Source: a virus
Virus record (IMG/VR): IMGVR_UViG_3300045051_001056
Location: 1 to 64,000 of that record
Length of the DNA stretch: 64,000 bases
Reading direction: 5' to 3' (one strand)
Shown: positions 10,533-21,115 of the stretch, in pieces
How the letters are laid out: the number at the start of each line of letters is the position of its first letter
Numbering within the stretch: position 1 is the first letter of the stretch
The notes under the pieces: generated by a model
Told to the model about the DNA's origin: nothing
What the model saw: only the letters and a program-made list of their open reading frames with translations
Database searches by the model: none
Program-made: the position numbers and the translations under genes

Positions 10533-10963
10533 TAAATGTTCGGATAATCAATGAATGTTGCGTAAACTTCTATTTCTCCCGCAGTCCAATCTTTCGGATT
10601 GGTTTCAGACAACGTAACCTTAACCGACAAATCATCCATCACTTTGGCTGGATAATATTGACCAATAGTTGTTACTCCCAATAAAACAGAATTATCTATT
10701 AACTCTATTTTGTCTATAGTTGCACTAGTAGAATAACTTACAAATGTAGCAGTATTCTTGCAGAATATATTTGCAATATATTTGCCGGCCTGCTTGCCAT
10801 CAGTATATGTAAAATCCACGGATAACGCCGATGCGCCATCATTTAAATCACCATAAGTAATGGTTCCTATCAGAATTGGATTTCCCTGGATTCTCGTAGT
10901 CAATTCGTTGATTGATCTGGATATCTGGGAACCCCTATTAGAATCTAGATAATTTAGTGGCAT
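10532..10963 (-). CDS. putative virion protein, paralogue of 7179..7652
   Basis: See paralogue motifs; has its own promoter at 10980-11043. Confidence 0.55.
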   Translation of the reverse strand: MPLNYLDSNRGSQISRSINELTTRIQGNPILIGTITYGDLNDGASALSVDFTYTDGKQAGKYIANIFCKNTATFVSYSTSATIDKIELIDNSVLLGVTTIGQYYPAKVMDDLSVKVTLSETNPKDWTAGEIEVYATFIDYPNI

Positions 10964-10979
10964 ATAAATAAAGTTTTGT

Positions 10980-11043
10980 CAAAAGTATAATTTTTTATCC
11001 ATATACGCAATAGTAGAAAAATTTTTGTCCTATTATTGCTAAA
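10980..11043 (-). promoter_or_regulatory. promoter with -7 box TACTTTTG and TTTAGCAATAA motif
   Basis: Boxes at 10987..10980 and 11043..11033. Confidence 0.55.
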
Positions 11044-11045
11044 AT

Positions 11046-14000
11046 TTATTTTGGAATTTTTGATTCAGCAATATTTAACCTACTCTCCAATTCTGCGACT
11101 TTTGCGATTAGTAGATCTATATAATTTATTACTTTGATTCCATTTTTTATCTTAACCAACTCTGGCGCATAGATCTCTACTTCCTGAGCCATCGCTCCAT
11201 ATCTTGGAACCCCTGGATTGTTTTTGAAATTAAATGAGTAGAATTTTATGTCTTTAAACTTTGATGAATTCATCTCAACTATATTCTCCTTTAACGTCAT
11301 ATCCGAAGGATAGACTGTGCTACTAAAAACTCCATCTCCGTTTACGGATGTTATATCTCCGGAGCAAGTTATTTTCCCAGTACTAGAGTTATAATCCCCA
11401 ACCTGAACAATGTCCCCGCCAAGATATGTATTGCCATTAACCATTAGTCTATTGCCGCTTCCGGGATCTACATTATAATTAATCATTGCATATCCAAGCT
11501 TACCAGTAGATGTTGTGTAACTTGAAACCGAAAGACCATTTGTTGAATCGTGAAAAAGTAGGCCAGAGCCGAATCCATTAAATTTTATGTACGGAGTTCT
11601 TGGAGTACCATTGCCCGCAGACGTAGCATCATTAGCGGTGTCATAAATATCACTATTGCCAACTATTATATCCGTTATAAATGAACTTCTACCTATCCTT
11701 AAGCCATAAGCGTTTGGGGTTCCACTAGTACTACTTAATCCAGTTATGTCTGGCCTATTGTTATTGCCACTAGAAAACGCACTCCTAGTGCATGTTAGGG
11801 AATAAAATAGCGATCCAATAGTAGATGATCCCTGAACCTTCTGATCCCAGCTTAGCCCAAGGGCAGAAATGGTCGACATGTTAATTGCATTTGCTCCAAT
11901 ATTTATATCACCCGCAAAAGTTGCATTGCCTGCTTGTGTAATTTTTAGAGCATTGATAGGCGTACCACCATTATATGTGTCTAAATTAAAAGCATTATCT
12001 GTTGACTGTCTTAATCCCCAATATCCAGAATACGAGACAAAACTATAATTTGAATTTGTATTGCCAACCGATATTGAATTAGAAGGAGAATTTGATGAGT
12101 ATAACCAAGGCGACGTAACGCTTCCTGCAAAAGTTGCGTTACCACCAACAGCTATTTTAAATCTGGAAGCACCTTGTTCAAGGATTTCCATTCCATAATC
12201 TGAATTGCCTACACCGATGCGCCAATATTCAGTATCATTGCTGGATTTCCATATAATATTCCCATCAGCATGGGTTGCGTCATTAGTGCGTTTTAAAATT
12301 ACATTACCACCAGAAGGAACATTGAGATTAACGTTGCCAGCAAAAGTTGCGTTACCTGTTGAATAATTAAGTCTAAATGGATATGTACTACTACCGTAAG
12401 AATAGACATAATAATCGCTTGTTCCATTTTCTTTACCAAATTCCCATTTTGCGGTTGCCCCTTCTCTAAGATAAAAACCAGCGACTTGAGAACTTGACGC
12501 AGCCCTAATATCAATAAAATTATGAGTTGTGCTTGTTATAGTTAATGGAGTGGTTGACGTACCTGTCAAGGTTGCGTTACCTGCACTTGTAACCGTGAAA
12601 ACATCAGAACCACCATCTAAGCCAGAAGTATTAACCCTGAATTTACCATTGCTTCCTTCTGAAATTCCAATAGCTACATCACCAGGTTTTGAAGCATGTG
12701 AATGCCCATAAAGATTTATTGCACCACCATATCCACCAGAACCACCACCTGCTTGAATAATGTATTTTCCTGCATAAGTGTTATCCGAATTGACTATATT
12801 ATAAAGCGCATTAGTTCCATTTGGAGTTATGAGATATTGTGAAACCGTTACACTCCCGGCAAAAGTTGCATTACCTAAACCATCAAGCGTCATTTTATCC
12901 CCATCATGATACCAATGCAAAATATCTGTTCCACTAAACAATCCATGATACCAATAATGTCCCCCGCCTGTACCTAATGAAATTCCAGTTTCAGATGTAT
13001 TATCCGGTCGATTTAAATATAAATATGAATTAGCTTTTGAAATATATAAATCACCTGTTAAAGTTCCTCCTGCAAGTGGTAAATGCCCTACCTGAGAATA
13101 GGAGTAGGCGGTGTTCCATTGAGTGCTATTACCTCCTGCTGCGGATATAGTAGAAACAAAACTCATAGATTTATCACTTGCTATTGTTCCAGCCAAATCA
13201 TAGCCATTAACATAAAACCTTAAATCTTTAGTACCTACACCTCCGGCAATAGAAGATTGAACCGTAACTCCATTATAAAAATCTATTTCACCTCCTCTAC
13301 TATTCCCTTTGAGATTAAGCAAGGCATAAGTATTAGAAGCAGATGGAACTATATTTAAATCTCCTGTCAAAGTACCACCGCTTAAAGGTAAATGCCCAAC
13401 CTGACTGTAAGTGTAAGCGGAGTTCCAGTTTGTGGAATTACCACCGCTTGCAGTAACAGTGCTTCCAAATTGGCCAGTACCATTAATCCACATAGAAGCA
13501 GTTTGTGCTCCTACTGATTGGTTTTGTATATATCCAGTTCCACCAGTGGCTGGAGATGCCCCTACGTCAGAATACAATAACCCATGTGCCGCGAATCCAT
13601 ATGTAGTAGGCGACAATGCTTTCATAAAATGCCCAGTAGTCAACCCAGATACTGGATGATTAGTGGTATCTACAAGATTGTGAATAGTTGGAGATACTCC
13701 AGTAAGCGCGTGAGTATGAGTATTTGTAGTTACTGAGTTTGTTGTGGCTAATGTAATAGTACTCGGCGTTCCCATATTAAGCACCTGCGTAGAAATCTGC
13801 AATCCGCTATTGGTTGCCAGAGTTACGGCATTATGCATTACTCCATAAGCCGAATTCCAATTCGCCTCCTCTGTGGTTGTAGGTATTACATACCCAGAAG
13901 TCAAACTAAATACCCCAGTAGTATTTGTATATGTCAATCCAGTGGCAGATGAACTTAATGATGTAAGATTTATCTTTCCATTGAACGTATTCCAATCTGT

Positions 14001-15821
14001 AGACGTCAAATATCCACTAAGTGAAGATGTTGCGGCCTGGGTGGCAATTGTATATTGCGCCGATGATAAATGATAATACTCCCCAAGAATACCGCCCTGA
14101 AGGCCACTCAAGGTATTGTGGGAAAATCCAACAGCAGTGCCAGAAGATTGAATAAGATTAGTACTCACTCTCTTAGGATCTGCAACCAACTTGCAGTTAC
14201 CAGTCCCTCCAGCTGCTTGATTTGTCCAGGTTAGCTGATATGCAATTACGAGTTCTGTGGAGATAAAGCCATCCAAGTTAAATGTTGCAGGATCCTCTGC
14301 TTGAGCTTGTACTAATGTGGCGAATTCAGCTCTACCTGGAATTATAAATATTGCCCACGATCCCTGAACGTTTGCAAAACACACATAGGTATTGACTAAT
14401 CTATTGTTCGTAGCGTCAGTCATTGTGCCCCCATTATCATATTGTATGGCATTATTGGCATTACCAACATTATATACAAAGGGCATATTACTTGTTTTCC
14501 AATTTCTCGTGGTCGCACCAGTTCTATATATTACATTATAGGCTAGTGTTATGCCATTTGGATCGGGGATTCCAGGGATACTATGAATAATATCTTCATC
14601 ATTTATTATAGAATTCGCTATTGCAAATGTCTTGCCTGTGTCGACACTGGAATTTAGGGTGTATCCGGTTATGGCGCCAAGGATCTGCATTTTCGTACCC
14701 TCATTAAAATGCTCATAATAGTGCATCCTTTCGTCAATAAGGACAGTATGTCTCTCTTCTCCCAAAAAATATTTCGGAGTTTGCGTATTATTCCAGAATA
14801 ATGTGGCAACAGGAATCTTGTCATCCAACAAATCCCAAGAGATTGTTGATGATATTAACGTTCCATCATTTGCATCTATATAGATAAAATACATTGTATT
14901 ATCCACCATGGGAGAGGCCACGGTTACGGTCTTACTACCAGTGATGGTTCGCCTAAATCCTTGTCGCCAATATGACCAAGTTGTGGCTGTTGGGGCTATT
15001 GTGAATAAATTAACCCCATCAAATGATATGGTGCTATCATATGGGGAAGTAAAGCCTAATCTATGTATATCTGTTGCAAAATATTGCGGAAGAAAATATG
15101 TAGAATCAAGCCCATCAAGTAAATCTGCATTCAGATTATTGACTAATGTTGTAGATCCTACGGTAAATGGCTTAGTTCCAGTTGTTGCCGTAAATGTTGG
15201 ATCCTGAACTCTAGCAAAAACTCCAGTTCCGCTACCAGTATATTCGGCAGACGTTAAATGATAATATTGTCCAGAAGATCCTCCCTGCAATCCAGACAGA
15301 CCATTGTGAAGTACTGTATCGGCATAGACCTTATCAACTAATTCATGCGGCAAATCTATGACTCTCCCGGCCTCCAAAAGAGGAATTCCATTGACAATTG
15401 TTTGAGTAGATGTTTGATCTAGGTTTAACAAGTTCTTCCATATTACATCTAACTCAACCTCGCGACTCATATCCAATGCAGACAAGTCCAGTCTTCTGTG
15501 CCTTATTGGCGCCAAAAATGGAGAACGCCCATCTCCTACAGATTTGTATATATATCCGAATTGACCTGTCTGGGGCCCATATCCAACCCCAAGACTGTCT
15601 GTTACTTCTATGTGATTAGGATTTCCCCCAACATTAATCGCTGTTATATTGTATGATACTCCTATGTAGTCTTTTAGATAATACCCAACTTGAAGGTCCA
15701 TTACTGGAGCTCCAGGCTCATTTATATCTAGTGGGGATACGGTAACCCTATATGTAGTTGGTGTTAATAATACTACATCGTTGACTATCGTAGTCCACGC
15801 AACGGTTGGAAGATATGACAT
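11046..15821 (-). CDS. long tail fibre / receptor-binding protein with C-terminal intramolecular chaperone (peptidase S74)
   Basis: 1591 aa, G/T/S-rich; LNADLLDG, LPLSGGTLTGDL and repeated GNATFAG; C-terminal SDMTLKENI...YGAMAQEVE...coiled coil. Confidence 0.85.
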   Translation of the reverse strand: MSYLPTVAWTTIVNDVVLLTPTTYRVTVSPLDINEPGAPVMDLQVGYYLKDYIGVSYNITAINVGGNPNHIEVTDSLGVGYGPQTGQFGYIYKSVGDGRSPFLAPIRHRRLDLSALDMSREVELDVIWKNLLNLDQTSTQTIVNGIPLLEAGRVIDLPHELVDKVYADTVLHNGLSGLQGGSSGQYYHLTSAEYTGSGTGVFARVQDPTFTATTGTKPFTVGSTTLVNNLNADLLDGLDSTYFLPQYFATDIHRLGFTSPYDSTISFDGVNLFTIAPTATTWSYWRQGFRRTITGSKTVTVASPMVDNTMYFIYIDANDGTLISSTISWDLLDDKIPVATLFWNNTQTPKYFLGEERHTVLIDERMHYYEHFNEGTKMQILGAITGYTLNSSVDTGKTFAIANSIINDEDIIHSIPGIPDPNGITLAYNVIYRTGATTRNWKTSNMPFVYNVGNANNAIQYDNGGTMTDATNNRLVNTYVCFANVQGSWAIFIIPGRAEFATLVQAQAEDPATFNLDGFISTELVIAYQLTWTNQAAGGTGNCKLVADPKRVSTNLIQSSGTAVGFSHNTLSGLQGGILGEYYHLSSAQYTIATQAATSSLSGYLTSTDWNTFNGKINLTSLSSSATGLTYTNTTGVFSLTSGYVIPTTTEEANWNSAYGVMHNAVTLATNSGLQISTQVLNMGTPSTITLATTNSVTTNTHTHALTGVSPTIHNLVDTTNHPVSGLTTGHFMKALSPTTYGFAAHGLLYSDVGASPATGGTGYIQNQSVGAQTASMWINGTGQFGSTVTASGGNSTNWNSAYTYSQVGHLPLSGGTLTGDLNIVPSASNTYALLNLKGNSRGGEIDFYNGVTVQSSIAGGVGTKDLRFYVNGYDLAGTIASDKSMSFVSTISAAGGNSTQWNTAYSYSQVGHLPLAGGTLTGDLYISKANSYLYLNRPDNTSETGISLGTGGGHYWYHGLFSGTDILHWYHDGDKMTLDGLGNATFAGSVTVSQYLITPNGTNALYNIVNSDNTYAGKYIIQAGGGSGGYGGAINLYGHSHASKPGDVAIGISEGSNGKFRVNTSGLDGGSDVFTVTSAGNATLTGTSTTPLTITSTTHNFIDIRAASSSQVAGFYLREGATAKWEFGKENGTSDYYVYSYGSSTYPFRLNYSTGNATFAGNVNLNVPSGGNVILKRTNDATHADGNIIWKSSNDTEYWRIGVGNSDYGMEILEQGASRFKIAVGGNATFAGSVTSPWLYSSNSPSNSISVGNTNSNYSFVSYSGYWGLRQSTDNAFNLDTYNGGTPINALKITQAGNATFAGDINIGANAINMSTISALGLSWDQKVQGSSTIGSLFYSLTCTRSAFSSGNNNRPDITGLSSTSGTPNAYGLRIGRSSFITDIIVGNSDIYDTANDATSAGNGTPRTPYIKFNGFGSGLLFHDSTNGLSVSSYTTSTGKLGYAMINYNVDPGSGNRLMVNGNTYLGGDIVQVGDYNSSTGKITCSGDITSVNGDGVFSSTVYPSDMTLKENIVEMNSSKFKDIKFYSFNFKNNPGVPRYGAMAQEVEIYAPELVKIKNGIKVINYIDLLIAKVAELESRLNIAESKIPK

Positions 15822-15824
15822 ATA

Positions 15825-17813
15825 TTAATCGAATACTAAATGAATTACTATTGGTTTTGACACAGTTGCGAGTGCCTCAATCCTCATATTACTTTGCGTT
15901 GGAGCGACTATCCCAGAATATGCAGCATTATTAAATAATTGCCTTTCCTCGGTTGCGCCATTCAATTCAAAAATTGTGACAAAAGATATCCTTCTAGACA
16001 AATTGTGCGTTATCTCTAAATCATTGGGATTTAACCCGTAAGCATTAAGAGTCCATCCTGCCGGATAATCCACTCCAGACGTAGCTCCCGCCACCCTGAG
16101 AGCAACTGAACCAGCATTTGGGAGGGTTATCGTATAAACAGTTTGCCTAAAGTTGTTTGCAGAAATATTACCATATACAGTAAGACTTCCGTCGCCATCT
16201 ATTGTCATCTGCTTGGTCAGTGATCCTCCCCTCATTAACCACCAATCAAATCTGCAATATTCATTATCCTGAGTGATGTCTGTCCATACGCAGTTAAATC
16301 GTCCAGATACTTTTTCTGAAAGAAGGGGGTCCACCCATCCCAATACTGGCATCAGAAAGTCTGTGGTTAGCCCGTATTCATCTGCGCCAACGGTATGAGC
16401 AGAATCTCCTCGCAAAGACAAAACAGTCCTTAGACCGGATGAAGTTGTGGTTAAATTCGCTCCCTGTATTGGTATGTTCGGAGAAAATCCAACGATCCCA
16501 TATCCGCTAACAGAATCGCTTCCTATGCCGAGAACTCCCACCCCCTGAGAATCCCCAGTTATACATACGCCCAAAGTACCATTAACAGCACTAATTGCAT
16601 CAGTTGTTAATAGTTGGGTAAATGTTTTTGCTCCGGTAACAGTTTCGGTCCCAGCTATATGCACTAAGTCTGCTGTGTCCAATCCAATATCCGATGGAGA
16701 TAATGTTCTTGTTGTATATGCTGTGGTGTGCCCAAGGGTGTTAACTATTAGAGAGGCCAACACGCTTGCCCCTGTTAGCGATAATGATATTGCCGACTGC
16801 GTTGGATGAGTGTAGGCTGCAGCTGGTGGATCGTTATAAACCACAAAGCCACTACCATCTATTGAGAGCCATTTCGATGGCGTACCCTTGGTCAGCTTTA
16901 TATTGGTCATATTAATCTCAAACAATCTATTGTTGTCATCGATCTTTATATATTCATTGTTTTGGCCGCCAGTTCCGACTATGGAACCTACCGTTATAGG
17001 AGTAGATGACGATGCGGTAAATGCTGATAATGTTGAGGATAGTGCATTGGTAAACCATTGAACAGTATTGCCAGCATCCGCCAAGGTATAGTCTCCAGTA
17101 TAACTTATAGTACTATATGTTGAAGATGAGAGCCTTGCGTTAAACGACGTGGCATTTATACCTCCATCAAGAGTTATAATATTATTTTGATAAGATGGAT
17201 ATCCTCCATTTAGACCATTGTAAAAATATGGATAGCTAGGATCTGACAATTTTTTTGTTGCATATGGAGCATACTTGGTTCCATCCCAATCAAAAGTATA
17301 ATCTAGTGGTGATGACAGTGTGGTGCTTAATATTCCACCACCATCTATTGACAGCCCATTACCAACCTTTATTCCACCCAAATTGCTACCAGAGGCGATT
17401 GGCAGGACATATGCCGCTGGAAACGTTACAGATATGGTGCCGTCGAGCGTAACATCTATATTGCTTCCAATTTTTACTCCTCCTAGCGCAAGTGTAGTAG
17501 CAGGCGCCAATGTGTATGAATATGGTGATGCGTATGTCCATTTCCCATCAGCGCCCATAACAAACAAGTCGCCGGTAGCAGCATCATCGACAGCATCATC
17601 CACATCAAGAAGGGATGGGATATTCGTATTTGCAATATATGAATTGAATATTTGTATCACCTGCTCTATCGTAACAGCAAGGCCTCCACCAGAACCGAGA
17701 GACTCAGAAGCATCTTTTGCTAAAAATATTAGCGTTGGCGGTATCTGAGAGTCCAGTTTGGTTGAGGCGTCACTATTAGGAGCAAAATCTGGAGTACTTT
17801 GACCTAACTTCAT
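15825..17813 (-). CDS. tail fibre-like protein
   Basis: 662 aa; tandem LGGxKxGxxxxIxxxGxxS fibre repeats; VHIAGTETVTGAKTF motif. Confidence 0.7.
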   Translation of the reverse strand: MKLGQSTPDFAPNSDASTKLDSQIPPTLIFLAKDASESLGSGGGLAVTIEQVIQIFNSYIANTNIPSLLDVDDAVDDAATGDLFVMGADGKWTYASPYSYTLAPATTLALGGVKIGSNIDVTLDGTISVTFPAAYVLPIASGSNLGGIKVGNGLSIDGGGILSTTLSSPLDYTFDWDGTKYAPYATKKLSDPSYPYFYNGLNGGYPSYQNNIITLDGGINATSFNARLSSSTYSTISYTGDYTLADAGNTVQWFTNALSSTLSAFTASSSTPITVGSIVGTGGQNNEYIKIDDNNRLFEINMTNIKLTKGTPSKWLSIDGSGFVVYNDPPAAAYTHPTQSAISLSLTGASVLASLIVNTLGHTTAYTTRTLSPSDIGLDTADLVHIAGTETVTGAKTFTQLLTTDAISAVNGTLGVCITGDSQGVGVLGIGSDSVSGYGIVGFSPNIPIQGANLTTTSSGLRTVLSLRGDSAHTVGADEYGLTTDFLMPVLGWVDPLLSEKVSGRFNCVWTDITQDNEYCRFDWWLMRGGSLTKQMTIDGDGSLTVYGNISANNFRQTVYTITLPNAGSVALRVAGATSGVDYPAGWTLNAYGLNPNDLEITHNLSRRISFVTIFELNGATEERQLFNNAAYSGIVAPTQSNMRIEALATVSKPIVIHLVFD

Positions 17814-17823
17814 TATTAAAAAT

Positions 17824-18087
17824 TTAAGATGCAGTCCAGATGTCTGGGACCCTCTGGTATGTCAATCTATTAAACGTATATATTAATGCCCTAACCTTAT
17901 TAACGTCTAAAGGAAAATAATCATCTTCAGGCAAAACTTCTTGCAATGTTTCTATAATCATACCGATGTAGCCATCCTTGAAGTGATCATTTGAAAGATA
18001 TTGCCCTCCCTTCATTAACAATTCCCTATCTGCCACATAGTTAGAGGTTGCCTCGTCTAAAAAGGCCTGTAATTCTGTCCAAGTCAT
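17824..18087 (-). CDS. hypothetical virion protein
   Basis: 87 aa ORF coupled to neighbours in the structural operon. Confidence 0.45.
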   Translation of the reverse strand: MTWTELQAFLDEATSNYVADRELLMKGGQYLSNDHFKDGYIGMIIETLQEVLPEDDYFPLDVNKVRALIYTFNRLTYQRVPDIWTAS

Positions 18088-18620
18088 ACTAATTGTGCCT
18101 CAAGTCTTGTAAACATATTAATCTTGTTATATATCCCAGTGGTATTTCCACTAGCTATATCCGCGATGAGTCCTAAATACAGAATGTTTACCATACATGC
18201 AAATTTAACCTCAAGCGTATTTATTTTAAACGAATCGTTTACTGTGTTGAAACAGATTTGAGTTTTATATGCCCATGCATTATAATAAAATACCTCATCG
18301 GTAGAGTAATCCAGTGCGGTGGTGCCGGTAGTAAGTATTCTTATTGTGAGAATATCATCATCTATAATTCTGTCGGCCCCATACAAATCAGTTGCTGTAA
18401 TATCTATATACCAGTCTCCTTCTAAATCTGCCCCAACCAAGGATTTAGTGTAGGTGTCTAGCGTGCCTACGAAATTCAAATCCCCATCCTTAGTCTTGAT
18501 TGTGAGGGTGCCAGACGTTCCTGCTGCAACATATTCACTCCAATTGAGGGATGTATTATATATTCTTATTGCATGCCCAGCTAAGACGGGTGTGGTTGAA
18601 AAACTAAAAGTAATTGCCAT
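18084..18620 (-). CDS. hypothetical virion protein downstream of portal
   Basis: 178 aa beta-rich ORF, starts 2 nt after the portal stop. Confidence 0.5.
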   Translation of the reverse strand: MAITFSFSTTPVLAGHAIRIYNTSLNWSEYVAAGTSGTLTIKTKDGDLNFVGTLDTYTKSLVGADLEGDWYIDITATDLYGADRIIDDDILTIRILTTGTTALDYSTDEVFYYNAWAYKTQICFNTVNDSFKINTLEVKFACMVNILYLGLIADIASGNTTGIYNKINMFTRLEAQLV

Positions 18621-18621
18621 A

Positions 18622-21021
18622 TTATGCAGTTTTTGCGGTTGTTTTCTTTATTTTGGAAATAGACTCCTTGGCCCTATTAGATCTTTTCGACTCCTCATGC
18701 TGAGCCTTTGCCAATTCCATCTGGTCCCCGTGCTTCTCTCGCTCGAGCTCAATTGCAGAATCCTTTAAGCTATTAGCTGTCGCATTCTTTTCAATGCTCT
18801 CTGAGGATTTCATTCCTCCCAACTTAAGCTTTGTCTCATTATCGCGAATATTGTTTCTTTCAAGCATTTCAATTTTATCTCGCTCTAATTGTTCTTTTGC
18901 GGCCTCCAGCTCTCTCTGTGCATCGATCTGTTGTTTCTGTAATTCCTGCGCATTTTTTCCTTCTTGGGCATTTCGTTCTATCATAGACTTTTCATCACGC
19001 TCAATCATTCTCATATTCTCTGCGAGAGAGGAAGATGTAAACAACTTCATTATTGTTGAGAATGAGAGTGTTTGATTTTGCAATGCAGCATGCGCTAACT
19101 GCTCGATTTTGCTATCGAGATTAGCTATTGACACAGAATTATCCACTACGATTCCATAATCAGCTTCAGCAAATTCTGCACCACCTATCTCATACATTGT
19201 AATACTATAATCGTCAGATATATTCTGAAACTTCTTCTTATTATTTTTTAGGGCAATCTTGGCAGTTTCAAGCAGGCATTCTAGGCAACGTTTTTTAACA
19301 TTATCGTGAACCACGAAAATCTCCTCGGTAATATTTGCGGATGCATTTACAGCCCTTTCTATGCCCCCAACCGTTTCTGACGCCTGAATCTGCCCCTGCC
19401 GCTGCTCAGATATTCCAGCAATAGCAAACATCTCTCTCTTAATCCACATCAAAAAATTAAGATGGAAATCGATTGATTTGGAATTATCTAAATCGTGAAC
19501 CCTTCCTGTGGCATTATTGATATTCATTGCCAATTTGCCCGTAGCGGCACCTTTATTGCCCTCCTTAAATGAGTCTACAACAGACATTCCGTCTTGACGC
19601 AGAAAGTGCAAATATGTCTCTATTTGCCATCCATCTGGTATCTTTGCCAAATCCAATTCTAGGACTTGACCGTACGATCGCATCAGCGCCTTATTAAGCC
19701 TATCTGAAACTATTGTATATAGGTATGCATATGGCTTCATTCTATCCACCAAAGAGATAGGTTTTGCATGATTGGTATTATACATTTGACCTATTACCCC
19801 CAGATGGCATTGAGACGGATTGCTAATCCTATTATATTGAATCTTTCGTGGACGCATATTAACATAAATGTCTTTACCAATCTTAACGCCCTCCCATGCC
19901 TCATTTATCCAATATTCTTTAACCTCTTCTCCCTTAGTTTTATCGGGAATATAATCTTCTGTTACAAATGTAAACTCCTCCTCACCAGTCTCTTCATTGT
20001 AATATTTTAATCTCTGAACCTTTCTAAGAGATTTCCATCTAACACGAAGAACTCTTATATTTCCATTGCCATCATAATAATTGGAGAACGTTCTGCCCAT
20101 GGCGCCAGCAAAATAGATCATTTGATCTATCGAGTTGGCCTCATCTCCAACGGATGGGGTATATATCATTGACGCACGTTCATCTATATTATCCATTGCA
20201 TCGACCTTGCTAATGGAATTGGTGCGCTGAATTTGATCTACATCTTCTTCTGTGAGCTCCTGATAATATGTGTCAATTATTCTACCGGGCGACCAATAGT
20301 CGTAAAGTATTATTAAATCTGCATCCTCTGCTCTAGACGAGAACCCATTTCTAAGTATAAATGTTTTTCTTGGATTAAGCCTCTCCATAGTTGGTTCGCC
20401 GCTAACTATATCGAAATCATATAGTTCCTCTCCAGCTATTGCAACATCTTTGAAGCCCTGATTCCATTTGAGCTTCATATCGAGCTCCTTGATATAATGA
20501 TTTATGAGAAAATTAGCAGATTTCTCCCTAGAGTCTTGCCAGGTATATGCAAAATAGTCAGAATTTTCCTGTAGCTTTTGCTCAAAGTCATTATCATTCA
20601 TTGACTCGTTCTTAATCAATGACATCATTGTTGCATTAAGTTCCTGTGACTTCTCCTTTTCTTTCTCGGAGATGGCATTATAGTTTGACACTATTGCCCT
20701 AAATTCAAAACGACGCTTTGCTTCTTCTCCAATTACAACATTGATTGGAGAGTTTATTATGGAATAATACTGGATACTCTCTGGTATAAGTCCCTCTGAG
20801 TCAGCCCCAAATGGATTTAACACCTCTTTCATGTCTGATATATGAAGCTTTCCGTCGAATAAGTCGTAATTAATCTTCTTATGGCGAAGGGATTGCCTTA
20901 CGTTGTTGTCGTAGAGCATACTAGACATATCACTCCAGTCCAGCATTTCCTTCCTCCACTTTTTATTCTTCTGGGAGTTCTTTAGTTTCTGCTGAGGGAA
21001 GCCAGTGGGGAAATTATACAT
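18622..21021 (-). CDS. portal protein
   Basis: 799 aa, FPQQKL...WINEAWEG...SLVDRMKPY...GISEQRQG motifs of crAss-like portals; next to TerL. Confidence 0.9.
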   Translation of the reverse strand: MYNFPTGFPQQKLKNSQKNKKWRKEMLDWSDMSSMLYDNNVRQSLRHKKINYDLFDGKLHISDMKEVLNPFGADSEGLIPESIQYYSIINSPINVVIGEEAKRRFEFRAIVSNYNAISEKEKEKSQELNATMMSLIKNESMNDNDFEQKLQENSDYFAYTWQDSREKSANFLINHYIKELDMKLKWNQGFKDVAIAGEELYDFDIVSGEPTMERLNPRKTFILRNGFSSRAEDADLIILYDYWSPGRIIDTYYQELTEEDVDQIQRTNSISKVDAMDNIDERASMIYTPSVGDEANSIDQMIYFAGAMGRTFSNYYDGNGNIRVLRVRWKSLRKVQRLKYYNEETGEEEFTFVTEDYIPDKTKGEEVKEYWINEAWEGVKIGKDIYVNMRPRKIQYNRISNPSQCHLGVIGQMYNTNHAKPISLVDRMKPYAYLYTIVSDRLNKALMRSYGQVLELDLAKIPDGWQIETYLHFLRQDGMSVVDSFKEGNKGAATGKLAMNINNATGRVHDLDNSKSIDFHLNFLMWIKREMFAIAGISEQRQGQIQASETVGGIERAVNASANITEEIFVVHDNVKKRCLECLLETAKIALKNNKKKFQNISDDYSITMYEIGGAEFAEADYGIVVDNSVSIANLDSKIEQLAHAALQNQTLSFSTIMKLFTSSSLAENMRMIERDEKSMIERNAQEGKNAQELQKQQIDAQRELEAAKEQLERDKIEMLERNNIRDNETKLKLGGMKSSESIEKNATANSLKDSAIELEREKHGDQMELAKAQHEESKRSNRAKESISKIKKTTAKTA

Positions 21022-21047
21022 AGTCCAAACTATTTACTAAATTTTTA

Positions 21048-21111
21048 CAAAAATAACTAAATTAATTGAGATACAAAATAGACACTCGTTTACTGTACAT
21101 TTATCGCTAAA
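21048..21111 (-). promoter_or_regulatory. portal operon promoter
   Basis: -7 box TATTTTTG (21055..21048), TTTG at 21077..21074, TTTAGCGATAA at 21111..21101. Confidence 0.55.
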
Positions 21112-21115
21112 ATAT

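Noticed and set aside
11046-17813. Diversity-generating retroelement or invertible cassette acting on fibres
   Set aside because: No reverse transcriptase, invertase or adenine-specific TR/VR pair seen in the window; the repeats are in-frame protein repeats
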